Shown: positions 20,712 to 30,942, counted from the first letter of the stretch. The stretch is 64,000 nt of DNA from an uncultured delta proteobacterium (GCA_963785235.1 CAWAUM010000012.1:192001-256000); one strand, 5' to 3'. Notes: generated by a model from the sequence alone, not told the origin. A program made the numbers and translations.

Positions 20712-21527
20712 ATGGATTCATGCATGATAGAGACACTGGAATATGAACAGGTAACCCAGATACGCATGAGCAGGGAGCTCGACGGCAAACCAGTCTACTG
20801 GGTGGCGGCCCACCTGGTGGATGGCCTGCTCATCGACACCGGCTGCAGCCATACATCCAATGAACTATCAGCATTTTTAGAAGGCAAGGATCTCAGGCAG
20901 GTCGTGAACACCCACTACCATGAGGACCACATGGGCGGGAACCATGACATCATGAGCAGGTATAGTGTGGATGTGTATGCGCATCCCGATTCCATCCCCC
21001 TGATCGCCAAAAGGTTCGAACTCTATCCCTATCAGGAGATCGCCTGGGGCTATCCTGAGCCCACAGCGGTAAAACCTGTTCCTTCAGTCCTGGAGACCGA
21101 TCATTACACATTTCAGATCATGGATACGCCCGGTCATTGCATCGGGCACGTCTGCCCCGTGGAACTATCAAAAGGATGGTGCTTTACAGGCGATCTCTTT
21201 GCCCGGGAGAATCCGAAGTTCATCCGGCCCGAAGAGAATATCGGGGAGATCATACGATCCATGCGCAAGGTCATCGAACTCCCCGCCGGGCGGCTGATCC
21301 TGTTTACCGCAGTGGGCAAGATCGTGGAAGACGGGAGAAAGGCACTGAGTCAGTGTATAAGTTACCTTACCGATCTTGCTGCAAAGGTTCAGAAACTCCA
21401 TGGTTCAGGCTCTACCATTGACGAAATCCTGGTCAATGAATTCGGAGCAGAGCATATGTTCAGCCAGCTCACGAACGGCCAGTTCTCCACACGCAACCTG
21501 GTCAGTTCGCTCCTGGAGACAGTGTAG
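20712..21527 (+). CDS. MBL-fold metallo-hydrolase
   Basis: THYHEDHMGG, TPGH, FTGD motifs. Confidence 0.9.
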   Translation: MDSCMIETLEYEQVTQIRMSRELDGKPVYWVAAHLVDGLLIDTGCSHTSNELSAFLEGKDLRQVVNTHYHEDHMGGNHDIMSRYSVDVYAHPDSIPLIAKRFELYPYQEIAWGYPEPTAVKPVPSVLETDHYTFQIMDTPGHCIGHVCPVELSKGWCFTGDLFARENPKFIRPEENIGEIIRSMRKVIELPAGRLILFTAVGKIVEDGRKALSQCISYLTDLAAKVQKLHGSGSTIDEILVNEFGAEHMFSQLTNGQFSTRNLVSSLLETV

Positions 21528-21570
21528 CAAGGAAGCCAAGGATAGGATAAACCCGGATCAGGTGATGTTT

Positions 21571-22579
21571 CTACCTCATGTATCCTTTGGTAATATAATA
21601 ATTCACCTTGTCGTAGAGGAAGATGATACGGTTGTTTAGTTCCAGTGTGCTGTAGATCTCAAGGGGTGAGCTGAGGATCCTCTGGTTGATCACATGAACC
21701 CAGATGTTCTTTCTGCTCAGCGCAAGGGCGTTGAGGATTTCGGGCAGCGGGATATCGAGCTCCCTCATCTTTAAGCCGGCCTCCATGAACCGTTTGGCTT
21801 CAAAGGTCTTTTTTTCTTTTTCCAGACCTTCCTTGATGGCCTGGAGTACGACTTTATTTATGCCCCTAAGCATCTTCATGTGACGATCCAGCAATGGGAT
21901 GGAAGCTTTTACCTCATCTGCCCAGCTCTTCGTGATCTCCTCCCTGTCCTTGTCAATGACCTTGATGAGGATGTTCGATAATACCATTGCAGGAGAGGTC
22001 TCCTCTGAATGCTGCGTCCGGTCCATACCAAGATCCGGAAAGAGCAGATTGAAGGAGTCCATCATAGCCCAGTTATCCCGGTAAAGGTCCACAAAGATCC
22101 TCACCGCCTTCTCGTTGGAGGTCCAGGCAAGCGGAGGAAGATCATGGATGGGGAAAGTATTGTGCGTCAATGGCATCATCGCCGGGTTTCAGTTCACCGC
22201 CGGTTGCCCTTACCTCATAGGTTACAATGGCAAGACTTCCATAAAAATCATTATCAACGGTATCCACATCTATAAGCCTCACAATCTCACCAAGGACACC
22301 CGATTCCTCTTCAAGCTCCCTCAACGCTGCGTCCTTCACCTCTTCCCCGCTCTCGGCAAACCCGATGGGCAGGCACCACATATCCTTGTAAGGCTGCTTC
22401 TTGCGCTTAACCAGCAGCACCTGCCGTGCATCGTTCACCACAATTGCACATGCCACGGGCAAGGGATTTTCGTAAAAGACCGTGGTGCAGCATGCGCACA
22501 TGTCTCTATCCTTTCCCTCAATTGTCCGCCTAACCACAGGCTCTGCGCAATAGGGACAGTATAACCGCTCTTTCTTCAT
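21571..22579 (-). CDS. Zn-ribbon NUDIX hydrolase fused to a helical RsbRD_N/globin-like domain (frameshift near 22145)
   Basis: YCPYC...C..C..VFYENP; Nudix box GFAESGEEVKDAALRELEEESG; continues as FPIHDLPPLAW into ORF 21571..22179. Confidence 0.75.
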
Positions 22580-23454
22580 TGCCTTCTCCTGTCATGCACA
22601 GGGAGTCTGCACCTAAATATTCCGTCGTCTTTGTTGAGGATTACATTACCATGGATGCGGGCAAACTCATATGAGGTCTTGGCAAAGGCATCCATGACAT
22701 CATCAATTTTAGAAGGGTGTCCCTCCAAGACCTCTTTGAAGAACAGCGGTTTCTTTATGGTAATGTATTCCATAAAATCAGTGAAATGGGCAAAAGGGAA
22801 GAGCAGGGAGTTCTTGTAGGCTATGCCAATTACCTCCTTGAAGAAAGGCGCGAGCCTTGCTGCCCCATCCTCAAGCGAAAAGGCATCGAACAGCTCATTT
22901 ATCTTCAGATCATCAGGCGGCTCTATCCCGGCTGACTTCATACTTTCAGACACGAGCTCCGTAACCTCATGCAGGGAATGCTTGCTGTGTGTCACTGCAA
23001 TGAAGAGCCCGGACGGACGAAGGATACGGGCGATCTCGCTGATGAGGTGAGGGAAGAAATACAGTGAGTAGCTTGTTACGACAAGATCAAAGTCAGAGCC
23101 GGCCATATCCCTGATGATATCAGCGCTGCCCTGGATAAAGGCACCTGTGTACCCCATATGGTTCACAGCATGTAAAAAACTGTCCCGGTTGTTCTTTTCA
23201 ATAACATCAATACCGGTAATATGAGCCTGGCTGTTCAATCTCCCGGCGAAACGCTCGGTGAAGAAACCATATCCACACCCCAGATCGAGCACCCTGTGCA
23301 TGTGGGAAAGATCAATCCCTTCGAGTGCAACATCACGAATGTCCTTCGTGTTCAGGGCATAGCCCTGGATGATGTCCTTGCACCTGCGGTGCCAGACAAC
23401 CTCTTCGTAGGTCTTCCTGATATCTTCGTAGGAGAAGAATTCTTGCACGTTCAC
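22576..23454 (-). CDS. Class I SAM-dependent methyltransferase
   Basis: VLDLGCGYG, FDLVV, LRPSG motifs. Confidence 0.88.
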   Translation of the reverse strand: MNVQEFFSYEDIRKTYEEVVWHRRCKDIIQGYALNTKDIRDVALEGIDLSHMHRVLDLGCGYGFFTERFAGRLNSQAHITGIDVIEKNNRDSFLHAVNHMGYTGAFIQGSADIIRDMAGSDFDLVVTSYSLYFFPHLISEIARILRPSGLFIAVTHSKHSLHEVTELVSESMKSAGIEPPDDLKINELFDAFSLEDGAARLAPFFKEVIGIAYKNSLLFPFAHFTDFMEYITIKKPLFFKEVLEGHPSKIDDVMDAFAKTSYEFARIHGNVILNKDDGIFRCRLPVHDRRRQ

Positions 23455-23562
23455 GCCCCTAGACTCTGCTCATTCAGGCAACGAAGTGAATCAAATCAAC
23501 ATTGAAGCCTTGCCAACTTTTCCCGGTATGGCTACTATATAGTCCTTAATAAGGAGGAATCC

Positions 23563-24561
23563 ATGGAACAGCAAGACGTGTACCGGGAATTATCAAAAAA
23601 ACTCATGCTGGAAAATTCCACCATACTCCCCAAGATCTGGCGCATAGTGTGCAGCGAAGATGAGGCGCAGCTCGTAAACCGCCTCCCAGCTACCCTTGAA
23701 CAGCTGGTGCAGGAATCAGGAAAGGCTGCCTCCGAGATGCAGGACATCCTCAATGAGCTCTTCCACCGGGGCGTGGTCTTCGATTCTGTCAAAGAAGGCA
23801 CCACCTTATACCGCATGCCCCGGCACATCATACAGTTCCATGACGCCACCATCCTCTGGCCTGAGGCTCCTGAAGATCTCTTCACGCTTTGGGAGGAGTT
23901 CGAAGATACGGATTACCCGGAGCTTCTGGAGCTAGTAACTGCCATCAAGCTGCCCTCGTTCATGCGGGTGATCCCTATAGGCGAGACCATCGAGGCCAGA
24001 AACCAGGTACTGGCCTTTGAAGATGCCCGGAAGATGCTCGAAAACGCCGACTCCATTGCTGTTACCACCTGCGTATGCAGGAAACTCATGAAGCGTTGCG
24101 ACGGCCCCTTGGAGGTGTGCCTCCAGCTCAACCGCGGCGCCGAGTACAACATCAAACGGGGGACAGGCAGAAAAGTGAGCATTGATGAGGCTATTGCCAT
24201 CCTCAAAATAGCAGAAGCTGCAGGCCTGGTTCACATGACTGAGAACACAACTGGAAAGTCCAATGTATTGTGCAACTGCTGCAACTGCTGCTGCGAGATG
24301 CTCAGGTTCGCAACAAACGAGAAGACAAAAGGCGTCCTTGCACCGAGCCGGTTCCAGGCAAAGGTTGATGCGAAGACGTGCACCTCATGTGGGATGTGCA
24401 TGGAGATCTGCCCGGTGGAGGCCATTACGCTGAACACCGATGATATCGCCGAGGTGATCAAGGATGCATGCATCGGCTGTGGGCTATGCGCCACGGCCTG
24501 TCCGGTGGAAGCCATCGGCCTGTTCGAGGTGAGGCCCAAGGAATTCATCCCGGGTAAGTAG
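23563..24561 (+). CDS. Multi-[4Fe-4S] protein (helical N-terminus, Cys-rich core, ferredoxin domain)
   Basis: CVCR...C...C, LCNCCNCCC, two CxxCxxCxxxCP. Confidence 0.85.
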   Translation: MEQQDVYRELSKKLMLENSTILPKIWRIVCSEDEAQLVNRLPATLEQLVQESGKAASEMQDILNELFHRGVVFDSVKEGTTLYRMPRHIIQFHDATILWPEAPEDLFTLWEEFEDTDYPELLELVTAIKLPSFMRVIPIGETIEARNQVLAFEDARKMLENADSIAVTTCVCRKLMKRCDGPLEVCLQLNRGAEYNIKRGTGRKVSIDEAIAILKIAEAAGLVHMTENTTGKSNVLCNCCNCCCEMLRFATNEKTKGVLAPSRFQAKVDAKTCTSCGMCMEICPVEAITLNTDDIAEVIKDACIGCGLCATACPVEAIGLFEVRPKEFIPGK

Positions 24562-24591
24562 CGAGCTTAAAAGTGAAGGGGCCTGATCACC

Positions 24592-25122
24592 CTATCCCAT
24601 ATGCCTCTTCACAATGGCATCGAGTGTATCCTGGGCGTCGGCCAACGATCCGGTATTCAGGACATACTCATCGGCCAGGGCAATGGGTAAAGCCGTTCCA
24701 TAAGCTATCTCCCTCTTGTCCCGCTCATCAAAGGCGTCCGGCGAATCATCGGCCCTGCCCCTGGAAACAATGCGCTGCTTTCTTGTTCTACGCGGGGCCA
24801 GGAAGGCGGCAACCACACACTGCGCTTTTTCCCTGATGAGTTCAATCTCAGGCCAGGAACGCATACCCTCCAGAAACACGGCGGGCCCTTTCTCGGCAAG
24901 GGCAGTGGCCAGGGCGAGCCTGGTGACGCCCATGCCGTCCGCACCCCTGAGCTCATCAGAGACCTTGGCAGTATTCACTGAATCAGCCGGCAGACCCCTC
25001 TTCTTCACCTCTGAGCGCACCAGATCACCAGTGGCATAATAAGGGATATCCCTGGCCTGAGCATAATCCCTGGCAATGTTCTTACCCGATGCCGGCATAC
25101 CTACAATGACAAAAATCTTCAT
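24592..25122 (-). CDS. P-loop nucleotide kinase, archaeal UPF0200/dephospho-CoA-kinase-like
   Basis: IVGMPASGK, GDLVR, EGMRS..E, R.RADD...F.ERD.RE..G. Confidence 0.7.
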   Translation of the reverse strand: MKIFVIVGMPASGKNIARDYAQARDIPYYATGDLVRSEVKKRGLPADSVNTAKVSDELRGADGMGVTRLALATALAEKGPAVFLEGMRSWPEIELIREKAQCVVAAFLAPRRTRKQRIVSRGRADDSPDAFDERDKREIAYGTALPIALADEYVLNTGSLADAQDTLDAIVKRHMG

Positions 25123-25134
25123 GATAACCACATA

Positions 25135-26292
25135 TTATGGCCTGCTCAGCCATTCATTGATGTGTTTAAGCCTCTCGGGCCAGGTGCCGGCAATGCGCTC
25201 TTGCATGAAAGTGGAAAAGACGCTGTCAAAGAGCTGGAGCCCTGTTTCCAGAAGGCTCATGCGTTCATAGAAAACTGCTACGCGTTCCTGGTCGGGATCG
25301 GTTATCTCGTCACGTTCTATCTGCACCACCGGGCAGGAAAAGGAACCCAGGGCAAAGATGTCAGCCTTCAAGGAAACCTTCCAGGAGCGTGGTTCCTTTT
25401 CCAGGTAGATCAGGGTCTCCGTGATGTTCTTGCCGTCCCGCAAGGCCTCCCTGGTCTCGGAAAACTCGCGCTGGACGCCGGTAATGGAACTCTTCCTCTT
25501 TCCCTGCTCATGCTCCGCCACCAGCACGAATTTGTCATGGAGGTAGGCCATGAAGCCCTCGCCAATCTCAAGAGGGCCTTTCTGATTGACCTCGTACACC
25601 GAGGAGCTGCTGCTCGTGCGATACATGAGCCACAAGAGGAAATCCCATCCTACCCACTTGTTGCGCTTTATCTGAAGGAGCACATCCTTGGAAGGGGCCT
25701 GGTCAGCCTTTTCGAGAAGAGGATAGAGGCTTTCATCCAGCACCATTCGCGCCCTGCTCATGGGGTGAATCGGCTCAAGGGTCAATCCCACAAAAGTCCT
25801 TGAGAAGATATCTTCCACCATGTCCAGCACCCGCTCGCTGATGTTTGCTACAGCAAGGATACCCGTATCCGTATTCCAGATAACATCATAAGTAGCCGGC
25901 ACGGGCAGGGTCTTTGAGAGGAGTGATGCATGGAGATTCTCCCTGATCTCGGCCTTGCGCTTGAAGGGCATGCGCGATATGGCTGGCCGTTCCTCAAGCC
26001 ATCTTGAGCATTCCTTGTCCACAAGGTTCTTCAGCACCGCTGATGGGACTTTGCGCTGGTCTCTCCGCAAGGCAAACGCATAGTAGGGGTCACGCCTGAA
26101 TACATTCTCATTATCAAAATCAGCGCTTGTATGGTCATCGAGGTTCACCCAGCCGAGCGCCTCCTCATCGGCAGTCGTATCGATGGGCATGAAACGGTTC
26201 TTGCCCAGGCATTCCTGCACCCAGGCAACATCTTTAAGCTCACCGATGACCTTGTACTGGTATATGCTCACGGTGTTCGACATGATCCCCAT
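25135..26292 (-). CDS. rdgC: Recombination-associated protein RdgC (deltaproteobacterial type)
   Basis: MGIMSNTVSIYQY, GWVNLDD, FALRRDQRKVP, G.DFLLWL, FYERM. Confidence 0.75.
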   Translation of the reverse strand: MGIMSNTVSIYQYKVIGELKDVAWVQECLGKNRFMPIDTTADEEALGWVNLDDHTSADFDNENVFRRDPYYAFALRRDQRKVPSAVLKNLVDKECSRWLEERPAISRMPFKRKAEIRENLHASLLSKTLPVPATYDVIWNTDTGILAVANISERVLDMVEDIFSRTFVGLTLEPIHPMSRARMVLDESLYPLLEKADQAPSKDVLLQIKRNKWVGWDFLLWLMYRTSSSSSVYEVNQKGPLEIGEGFMAYLHDKFVLVAEHEQGKRKSSITGVQREFSETREALRDGKNITETLIYLEKEPRSWKVSLKADIFALGSFSCPVVQIERDEITDPDQERVAVFYERMSLLETGLQLFDSVFSTFMQERIAGTWPERLKHINEWLSRP

Positions 26293-26392
26293 AAGGTTAC
26301 TCCTTTCATTCAAAGGACACCCCTTATACGAAAGACCCATGAAAGGGCAAGCCTGGAAAACACCCTTGAGTGTACGCTACACAAACCTAGCT

Positions 26393-26477
26393 TGGAATTG
26401 CTTCATATCACCGATGCCTTTCCATGAATCCGCACGGATTAAATTTTTCACTCTTCTTACACCCAGAGTCCGGGTTA
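26393..26477 (+). repeat. Degenerate copy of the intergenic repeat family (no long hairpin)
   Basis: tggaattgctt...acggattaaattttt...ccgggtt resembles both flanks of copy A. Confidence 0.4.
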
Positions 26478-26572
26478 AAAAGGAGATCAATCGGAACGTT
26501 TCGCAATTACCGCGTTAGCCAAGTCAAGCAAGGCATTCGCCAGACAGGAATATGCGGATGCTTCGAAAAGCA

Positions 26573-26612
26573 GGATGCAGGTTCATTTCTTGCCCCATAT
26601 GAACCTGCATCC
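26573..26612. terminator. Stem-loop downstream of the atpI/atpZ-like gene
   Basis: ggatgcaggttcat-N12-atgaacctgcatcc, 14-bp perfect stem. Confidence 0.55.
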
Positions 26613-26626
26613 GTGGAGTGTGCGTA

Positions 26627-26887
26627 TCAGGCGTGGCGTTTTCTGATGTTTCCGATTTGTTTACTTGTCTTGTTAAATTCCATGTACAGCCTGGCGATGG
26701 TGAGGAATATTGCCAGGATGAACAGCCCGATCATGAAGAACGGTCCGGTGTTCAAGGCAACATCCACCCATCTTCCCACGAACAGGCACATGAACGATGC
26801 TATGACAAGGACGGCACCCCATGCACTGAACGTGATCAACTCATTGAGATTGTCGATTCTGTCGTGTTTCTGTTCAACGTTTTTCAT
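26627..26887 (-). CDS. AtpZ/AtpI family protein (ATPase_gene1-like), outside an atp operon
   Basis: Two TM helices with GRWVD...T.PFFMI.L motif. Confidence 0.7.
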   Translation of the reverse strand: MKNVEQKHDRIDNLNELITFSAWGAVLVIASFMCLFVGRWVDVALNTGPFFMIGLFILAIFLTIARLYMEFNKTSKQIGNIRKRHA

Positions 26888-26961
26888 GGATGTTCCCTCC
26901 TTTCTTTTTTCTCCCGGCTTCATATGCATGCCGGAAGATTCTTATCCTCTTTATAATCTTC

Positions 26962-27237
26962 TCAGCTTACCAGGCCCTTTACCGCCTCTATGACCGGAGC
27001 GGTGAACAGGGCTACGAGCACTGCATACAGTGCGAAAGATCCCACTGCTTCGGTTAAGTACATCCTCTCATAGCGATACTTCAAAGAGATGATGGTGAGC
27101 CCGCCCATTATAAGACAGCCGAGGTGGAAGTAGGGGAAGCTGTTGCCACCGGAAGTCGCTGCTGCTGCAAAGGCAAAGGTACCAGTGATCATCACCACGA
27201 ACATTGCTACGATTATTGTCTGGATTGTCTTTTTCAT
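26962..27237 (-). CDS. Small membrane protein with signal-peptide-like N-terminus
   Basis: GAGGAGG RBS; MKK...AFA signal followed by two TM segments. Confidence 0.7.
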   Translation of the reverse strand: MKKTIQTIIVAMFVVMITGTFAFAAAATSGGNSFPYFHLGCLIMGGLTIISLKYRYERMYLTEAVGSFALYAVLVALFTAPVIEAVKGLVS

Positions 27238-27279
27238 TGTAAGTGACCTCCTCTTTTTTTCTTTCTGTATTCATATAAG

Positions 27280-27294
27280 GCAACCACCGTGCCA
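27280..27294 (-). promoter_or_regulatory. Sigma54 (-24/-12) promoter
   Basis: Minus strand TGGCACGGTGGTTGC, near-perfect consensus. Confidence 0.8.
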
Positions 27295-27541
27295 ACTTTA
27301 AAAAAAACCGATTAATTACTTATCTATCAATTATTATTATGTTTATTGGATGCCTGGCTGACATATATCACTAAACATATCTTCAAGAGGGTTTGCTCAA
27401 TGAAAAAAATGTTCAGTAAGACTTAAAGAAACGTTTAATATGTTTGCCTTGGCAAGTAAGGTTTTTTTATCTATCCCTCTTTTCACTGAACCCGAAAGCA
27501 GATAAAAAGAAAGTATTACATGAAACCTTTGGAGTTGTGTC

Positions 27542-28042
27542 ATGTCATTGCAGACAAGGGTTCCTGATCTCACAATAAGAGAGGCCTTGCCGGAAGATGC
27601 CTGCCTCATCCTCTCATTCATCAAGGATCTGGCTGAATACGAAAAGCTCCTCCACGAGGTTCTCGCCACGGAAGAGACCATACAAAAATCATTATTCGGT
27701 GAGCACAAGGTTGCAGAGGTGATTCTTGGCGAAATTGACGGCGAGCCGGTCAGCTTCGCACTGTTCTTCCATAACTACTCCACCTTCCTCGGTCAACAGG
27801 GTATATACATAGAAGACCTGTTCGTGAAATCCCATATGCGGGGTCTCGGAATCGGAAAGACTATGTTTGCATACATTGCCCGCATGGCGAAAGAACGCGG
27901 CTGCGGAAGGCTCGACTGGTGGGTGCTCGATTGGAATGAGCCTGCCATCAAATTCTACAAATCTCTTGGAGCAGTGCCTATGTCCGAATGGACAGTCTAC
28001 CGTCTGAACGGTCAGGCACTTGATGACCTGGCTACCGGTTAA
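27542..28042 (+). CDS. GNAT N-acetyltransferase (spermidine/diamine type)
   Basis: LAEYEKL, YSTFLG..GIYIEDLFV, RGLGIGK, VLDWNEPAI.FY. Confidence 0.92.
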   Translation: MSLQTRVPDLTIREALPEDACLILSFIKDLAEYEKLLHEVLATEETIQKSLFGEHKVAEVILGEIDGEPVSFALFFHNYSTFLGQQGIYIEDLFVKSHMRGLGIGKTMFAYIARMAKERGCGRLDWWVLDWNEPAIKFYKSLGAVPMSEWTVYRLNGQALDDLATG

Positions 28043-28084
28043 TGAAAAATACTGCATGATCATCACCTAAAAGAGGAGGACACC

Positions 28085-28603
28085 ATGGTCAGGATCTTTT
28101 CAAAGCAAGGCGTTTTATTCGGATTCCTGCTGGTTGCATTCATCATCGTCTTTGAAATCATCCTGGCCCGACTTAAGCTACCAGCCTGGCCTGCCTTCAT
28201 GGTAATGATCTTCTTCTTTGTGGTACATGAAGATGCCAAGTTAACGCCAAATATCCTCATCGGGGGGCTTGCCGGGATTATATGCGCTATACTGATAAAA
28301 AAATTCATTGCAGCCCTTGAACCCTTTATTGGTGCGGAAGCTGCCAAGCTGCTCTTTATTGGTCTGTTTGTGTATTCCATTGTACTGCTCAAGGATGCCA
28401 TCCCTTGGGTCTTCAACAGCTTTGCCTTCATGTTTTTCCTTGTAGCTGCATTAGCGTCACAAACACAAAATCCGAACCCATATATATGGATGGGAGTGGA
28501 ATTTATTGTAGGGGGAATCTTCATTGTAGGGATTCTCGGTATAAACAAACTGACGGCGATGTTATTAAAGGACGGGGGAGCAGGCCCTGCGGGGCATCAA
28601 TAA
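28085..28603 (+). CDS. Hypothetical integral membrane protein (DUF1097-like)
   Basis: 5-6 TM helices, P.WPAF motif, GAGGAGG RBS. Confidence 0.65.
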   Translation: MVRIFSKQGVLFGFLLVAFIIVFEIILARLKLPAWPAFMVMIFFFVVHEDAKLTPNILIGGLAGIICAILIKKFIAALEPFIGAEAAKLLFIGLFVYSIVLLKDAIPWVFNSFAFMFFLVAALASQTQNPNPYIWMGVEFIVGGIFIVGILGINKLTAMLLKDGGAGPAGHQ

Positions 28604-28663
28604 TCGCAAAAGGGTCATTCATGAACCCTATCATAGATGGCCCCATGAGATTATTCTTTCATT

Positions 28664-29962
28664 ATGGCGCATAACACTACCATTTCCGCTTACGCACTCC
28701 TGGTTGACCGGTTGAACCGTTTCCCCCAGGGTGCTCCGCCATCGGAACTCCTGTTCAAGATCCTGAAGATGCTCTTCAGCGAAAAAGAGGCTGCGCTGGT
28801 CTCCCTTTTACCCATAAAACCCTTCACCGCAGAAAAGGCCTGTCTGGCCTGGAAAATGGGCCTCACCGAAACCCGGAAGGTGCTCGATGAACTGGCCGGG
28901 CGGGCGATCCTGGTTGATATTGAACTGAATGGCCGGACCCATTATGTCCTTCCACCACCCATGGCAGGCTTCTTCGAGTTTTCCATGATGCGGGTGCGGC
29001 ATGATATCGACCAGAAGATCCTGAGTGAACTGCTATATCAGTACTTGAACGTGGAAGAGGATTTCATCAGGCAGCTCTTTACCAGGGGTAAAACCCAGCT
29101 GGGACGCACCTTTGTCCATGAACCGGCATTGTCCGGAGAGAATGCTCTGTTTGTTCTGGATTATGAACGGGCCAGCGAGATCATCAAGGGCTCTCCCTGC
29201 AGAGCCATCAGCATATGCTACTGCCGGCACAAGATGCATCATCTTGACAGGGCTTGCAATGCCCCGCTCGAAATCTGCATGACGTTCAATAACACCGCGA
29301 CTTCGCTGATCAAGCATGGCATAGCCCGGGAGGTTGATACATGGGAATGTCTCGATTTACTGCAGTCGGCATATGAGCACGGCCTAGTCCAGTTCGGGGA
29401 AAATGTGCGTGAGCGGGTAAACTTCATCTGCAACTGCTGTAAATGCTGCTGCGAGGCCATGCTTGCAGCCCAGAGATTTGCCATGCTGAACCCGGTTCAT
29501 ACCACAAATTTCATGCCGGAAATTCATAGGGATGGTTGCATCGGATGCGGAAAATGCATTGATTTCTGTCCGGTGAATGCCCTTACCCTTATCCCTTCGG
29601 TGAACCCTGACAACAGTATCGCTAGCAGGGTGCACCTGAATGAAGAACAATGCCTTGGATGCGGTCTGTGCGTCAGGAAATGCACGAAAGGCGCAATCCA
29701 TCTGAAATCGCGACCCAAAAGGGTCATCACCCCGTTGAACAGTGCCCACAGGGCGGTTGTAATGGCCATCGAGCGCGGCACGTTGCAGCATCTGATATTT
29801 GATAATAAGGTGTTGTGGAGTCATCGTGCCCTTGCCTGTATCCTTGGGGTAATCCTGAAACTCCCACCACTCAAGCAGGCCCTTGCCAGCACTCAGGTGA
29901 AATCACGTTATCTGGAGACACTTGTCAAGTTCATGCAGGGCGCGCCTATCATGACCAAGTAA
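28664..29962 (+). CDS. Multi-[4Fe-4S] dicluster protein
   Basis: RLNRFPQGAP, CYCRH, ICNCCKCCCE, two ferredoxin motifs. Confidence 0.85.
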   Translation: MAHNTTISAYALLVDRLNRFPQGAPPSELLFKILKMLFSEKEAALVSLLPIKPFTAEKACLAWKMGLTETRKVLDELAGRAILVDIELNGRTHYVLPPPMAGFFEFSMMRVRHDIDQKILSELLYQYLNVEEDFIRQLFTRGKTQLGRTFVHEPALSGENALFVLDYERASEIIKGSPCRAISICYCRHKMHHLDRACNAPLEICMTFNNTATSLIKHGIAREVDTWECLDLLQSAYEHGLVQFGENVRERVNFICNCCKCCCEAMLAAQRFAMLNPVHTTNFMPEIHRDGCIGCGKCIDFCPVNALTLIPSVNPDNSIASRVHLNEEQCLGCGLCVRKCTKGAIHLKSRPKRVITPLNSAHRAVVMAIERGTLQHLIFDNKVLWSHRALACILGVILKLPPLKQALASTQVKSRYLETLVKFMQGAPIMTK

Positions 29963-30074
29963 CTATGAATCATTATGATTAATACATGTTTTATTCATAA
30001 TTAATTACCCTGTGCGATAACCTGCACATGCTTACACTCAATCACAAACTATTTCTTAAGGAGAAGGTGACGCT

Positions 30075-30869
30075 ATGGGATTCGTAAAAACATTCCAGGA
30101 GATTATGGCAAATGTAAGGCCTACAGCTGATTTTTTTGATGCTGAAATGTTAGCGGTTTTCTGGGAGACAAAGCCTGAAATTATCGCCAGACTGCTCCCA
30201 CCACCACTTAAGCCGGCCAAAGACCCTGTAGCCATGGCCTTTGCCGCATATTATCCCAAAACCAATTTTGATGTCACCTATAGGGAGAGCGCCCTGTTTA
30301 TCCGTGCTTCCCATAACGGGGAAGAGGGGAATTATTGCCTTTCCATGCCAGTGACAAATGACATGGCCATGGCCGGCGGTAGGGAGGTCTTCGGGTTTCC
30401 AAAGAAAATGGCTGATATACATTTCGCCCGGAAAGGAGATTCCGTTGAAGGCTGGACCGAGCGTCGTGGCGTTCGTTTCATGGAGGTCCATGCCAAGCTC
30501 TCCGGCAATTTCAATGATGAGGAGGCCCAGAAAAAACATCTGGAGACAAGTGTGGGTTCAGACGGATCAATAAGGGGTATCTCATACAACTTCAAGCACT
30601 TCCCTGCCCCGGAGGGCTCCGCGTTCGATTATAATCCTCGTCTCGTCCGGCAGGAGACAATATTAAGACCAAGAGAAATGCTCCTGGGTGAAGCGGAAAT
30701 AATCCTTAAGGCCTCTGATTACGACCCCTGGGCCGAGGTGGAGGTCGTGAAGATGCTGGGGGCATTATATACAAAGGGAGACAATTCCATGCTGGGTGGC
30801 AAGGTGGTTGCAGAAGTCGACCTCATGCAGTTTGCACCTTATGCCTTTTTGAAATGGGACATGAAATAA
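30075..30869 (+). CDS. Acetoacetate decarboxylase family protein
   Basis: LLPPPL, Y.E, GGREVFGFPKK (Schiff-base Lys). Confidence 0.88.
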   Translation: MGFVKTFQEIMANVRPTADFFDAEMLAVFWETKPEIIARLLPPPLKPAKDPVAMAFAAYYPKTNFDVTYRESALFIRASHNGEEGNYCLSMPVTNDMAMAGGREVFGFPKKMADIHFARKGDSVEGWTERRGVRFMEVHAKLSGNFNDEEAQKKHLETSVGSDGSIRGISYNFKHFPAPEGSAFDYNPRLVRQETILRPREMLLGEAEIILKASDYDPWAEVEVVKMLGALYTKGDNSMLGGKVVAEVDLMQFAPYAFLKWDMK

Positions 30870-30942
30870 TCTGCATGAAAAAGTTTACAACCCATTTCCA
30901 GATTCGAAGTCAGAATCCTTTAAAAGATAAGGAGCCGGATCA

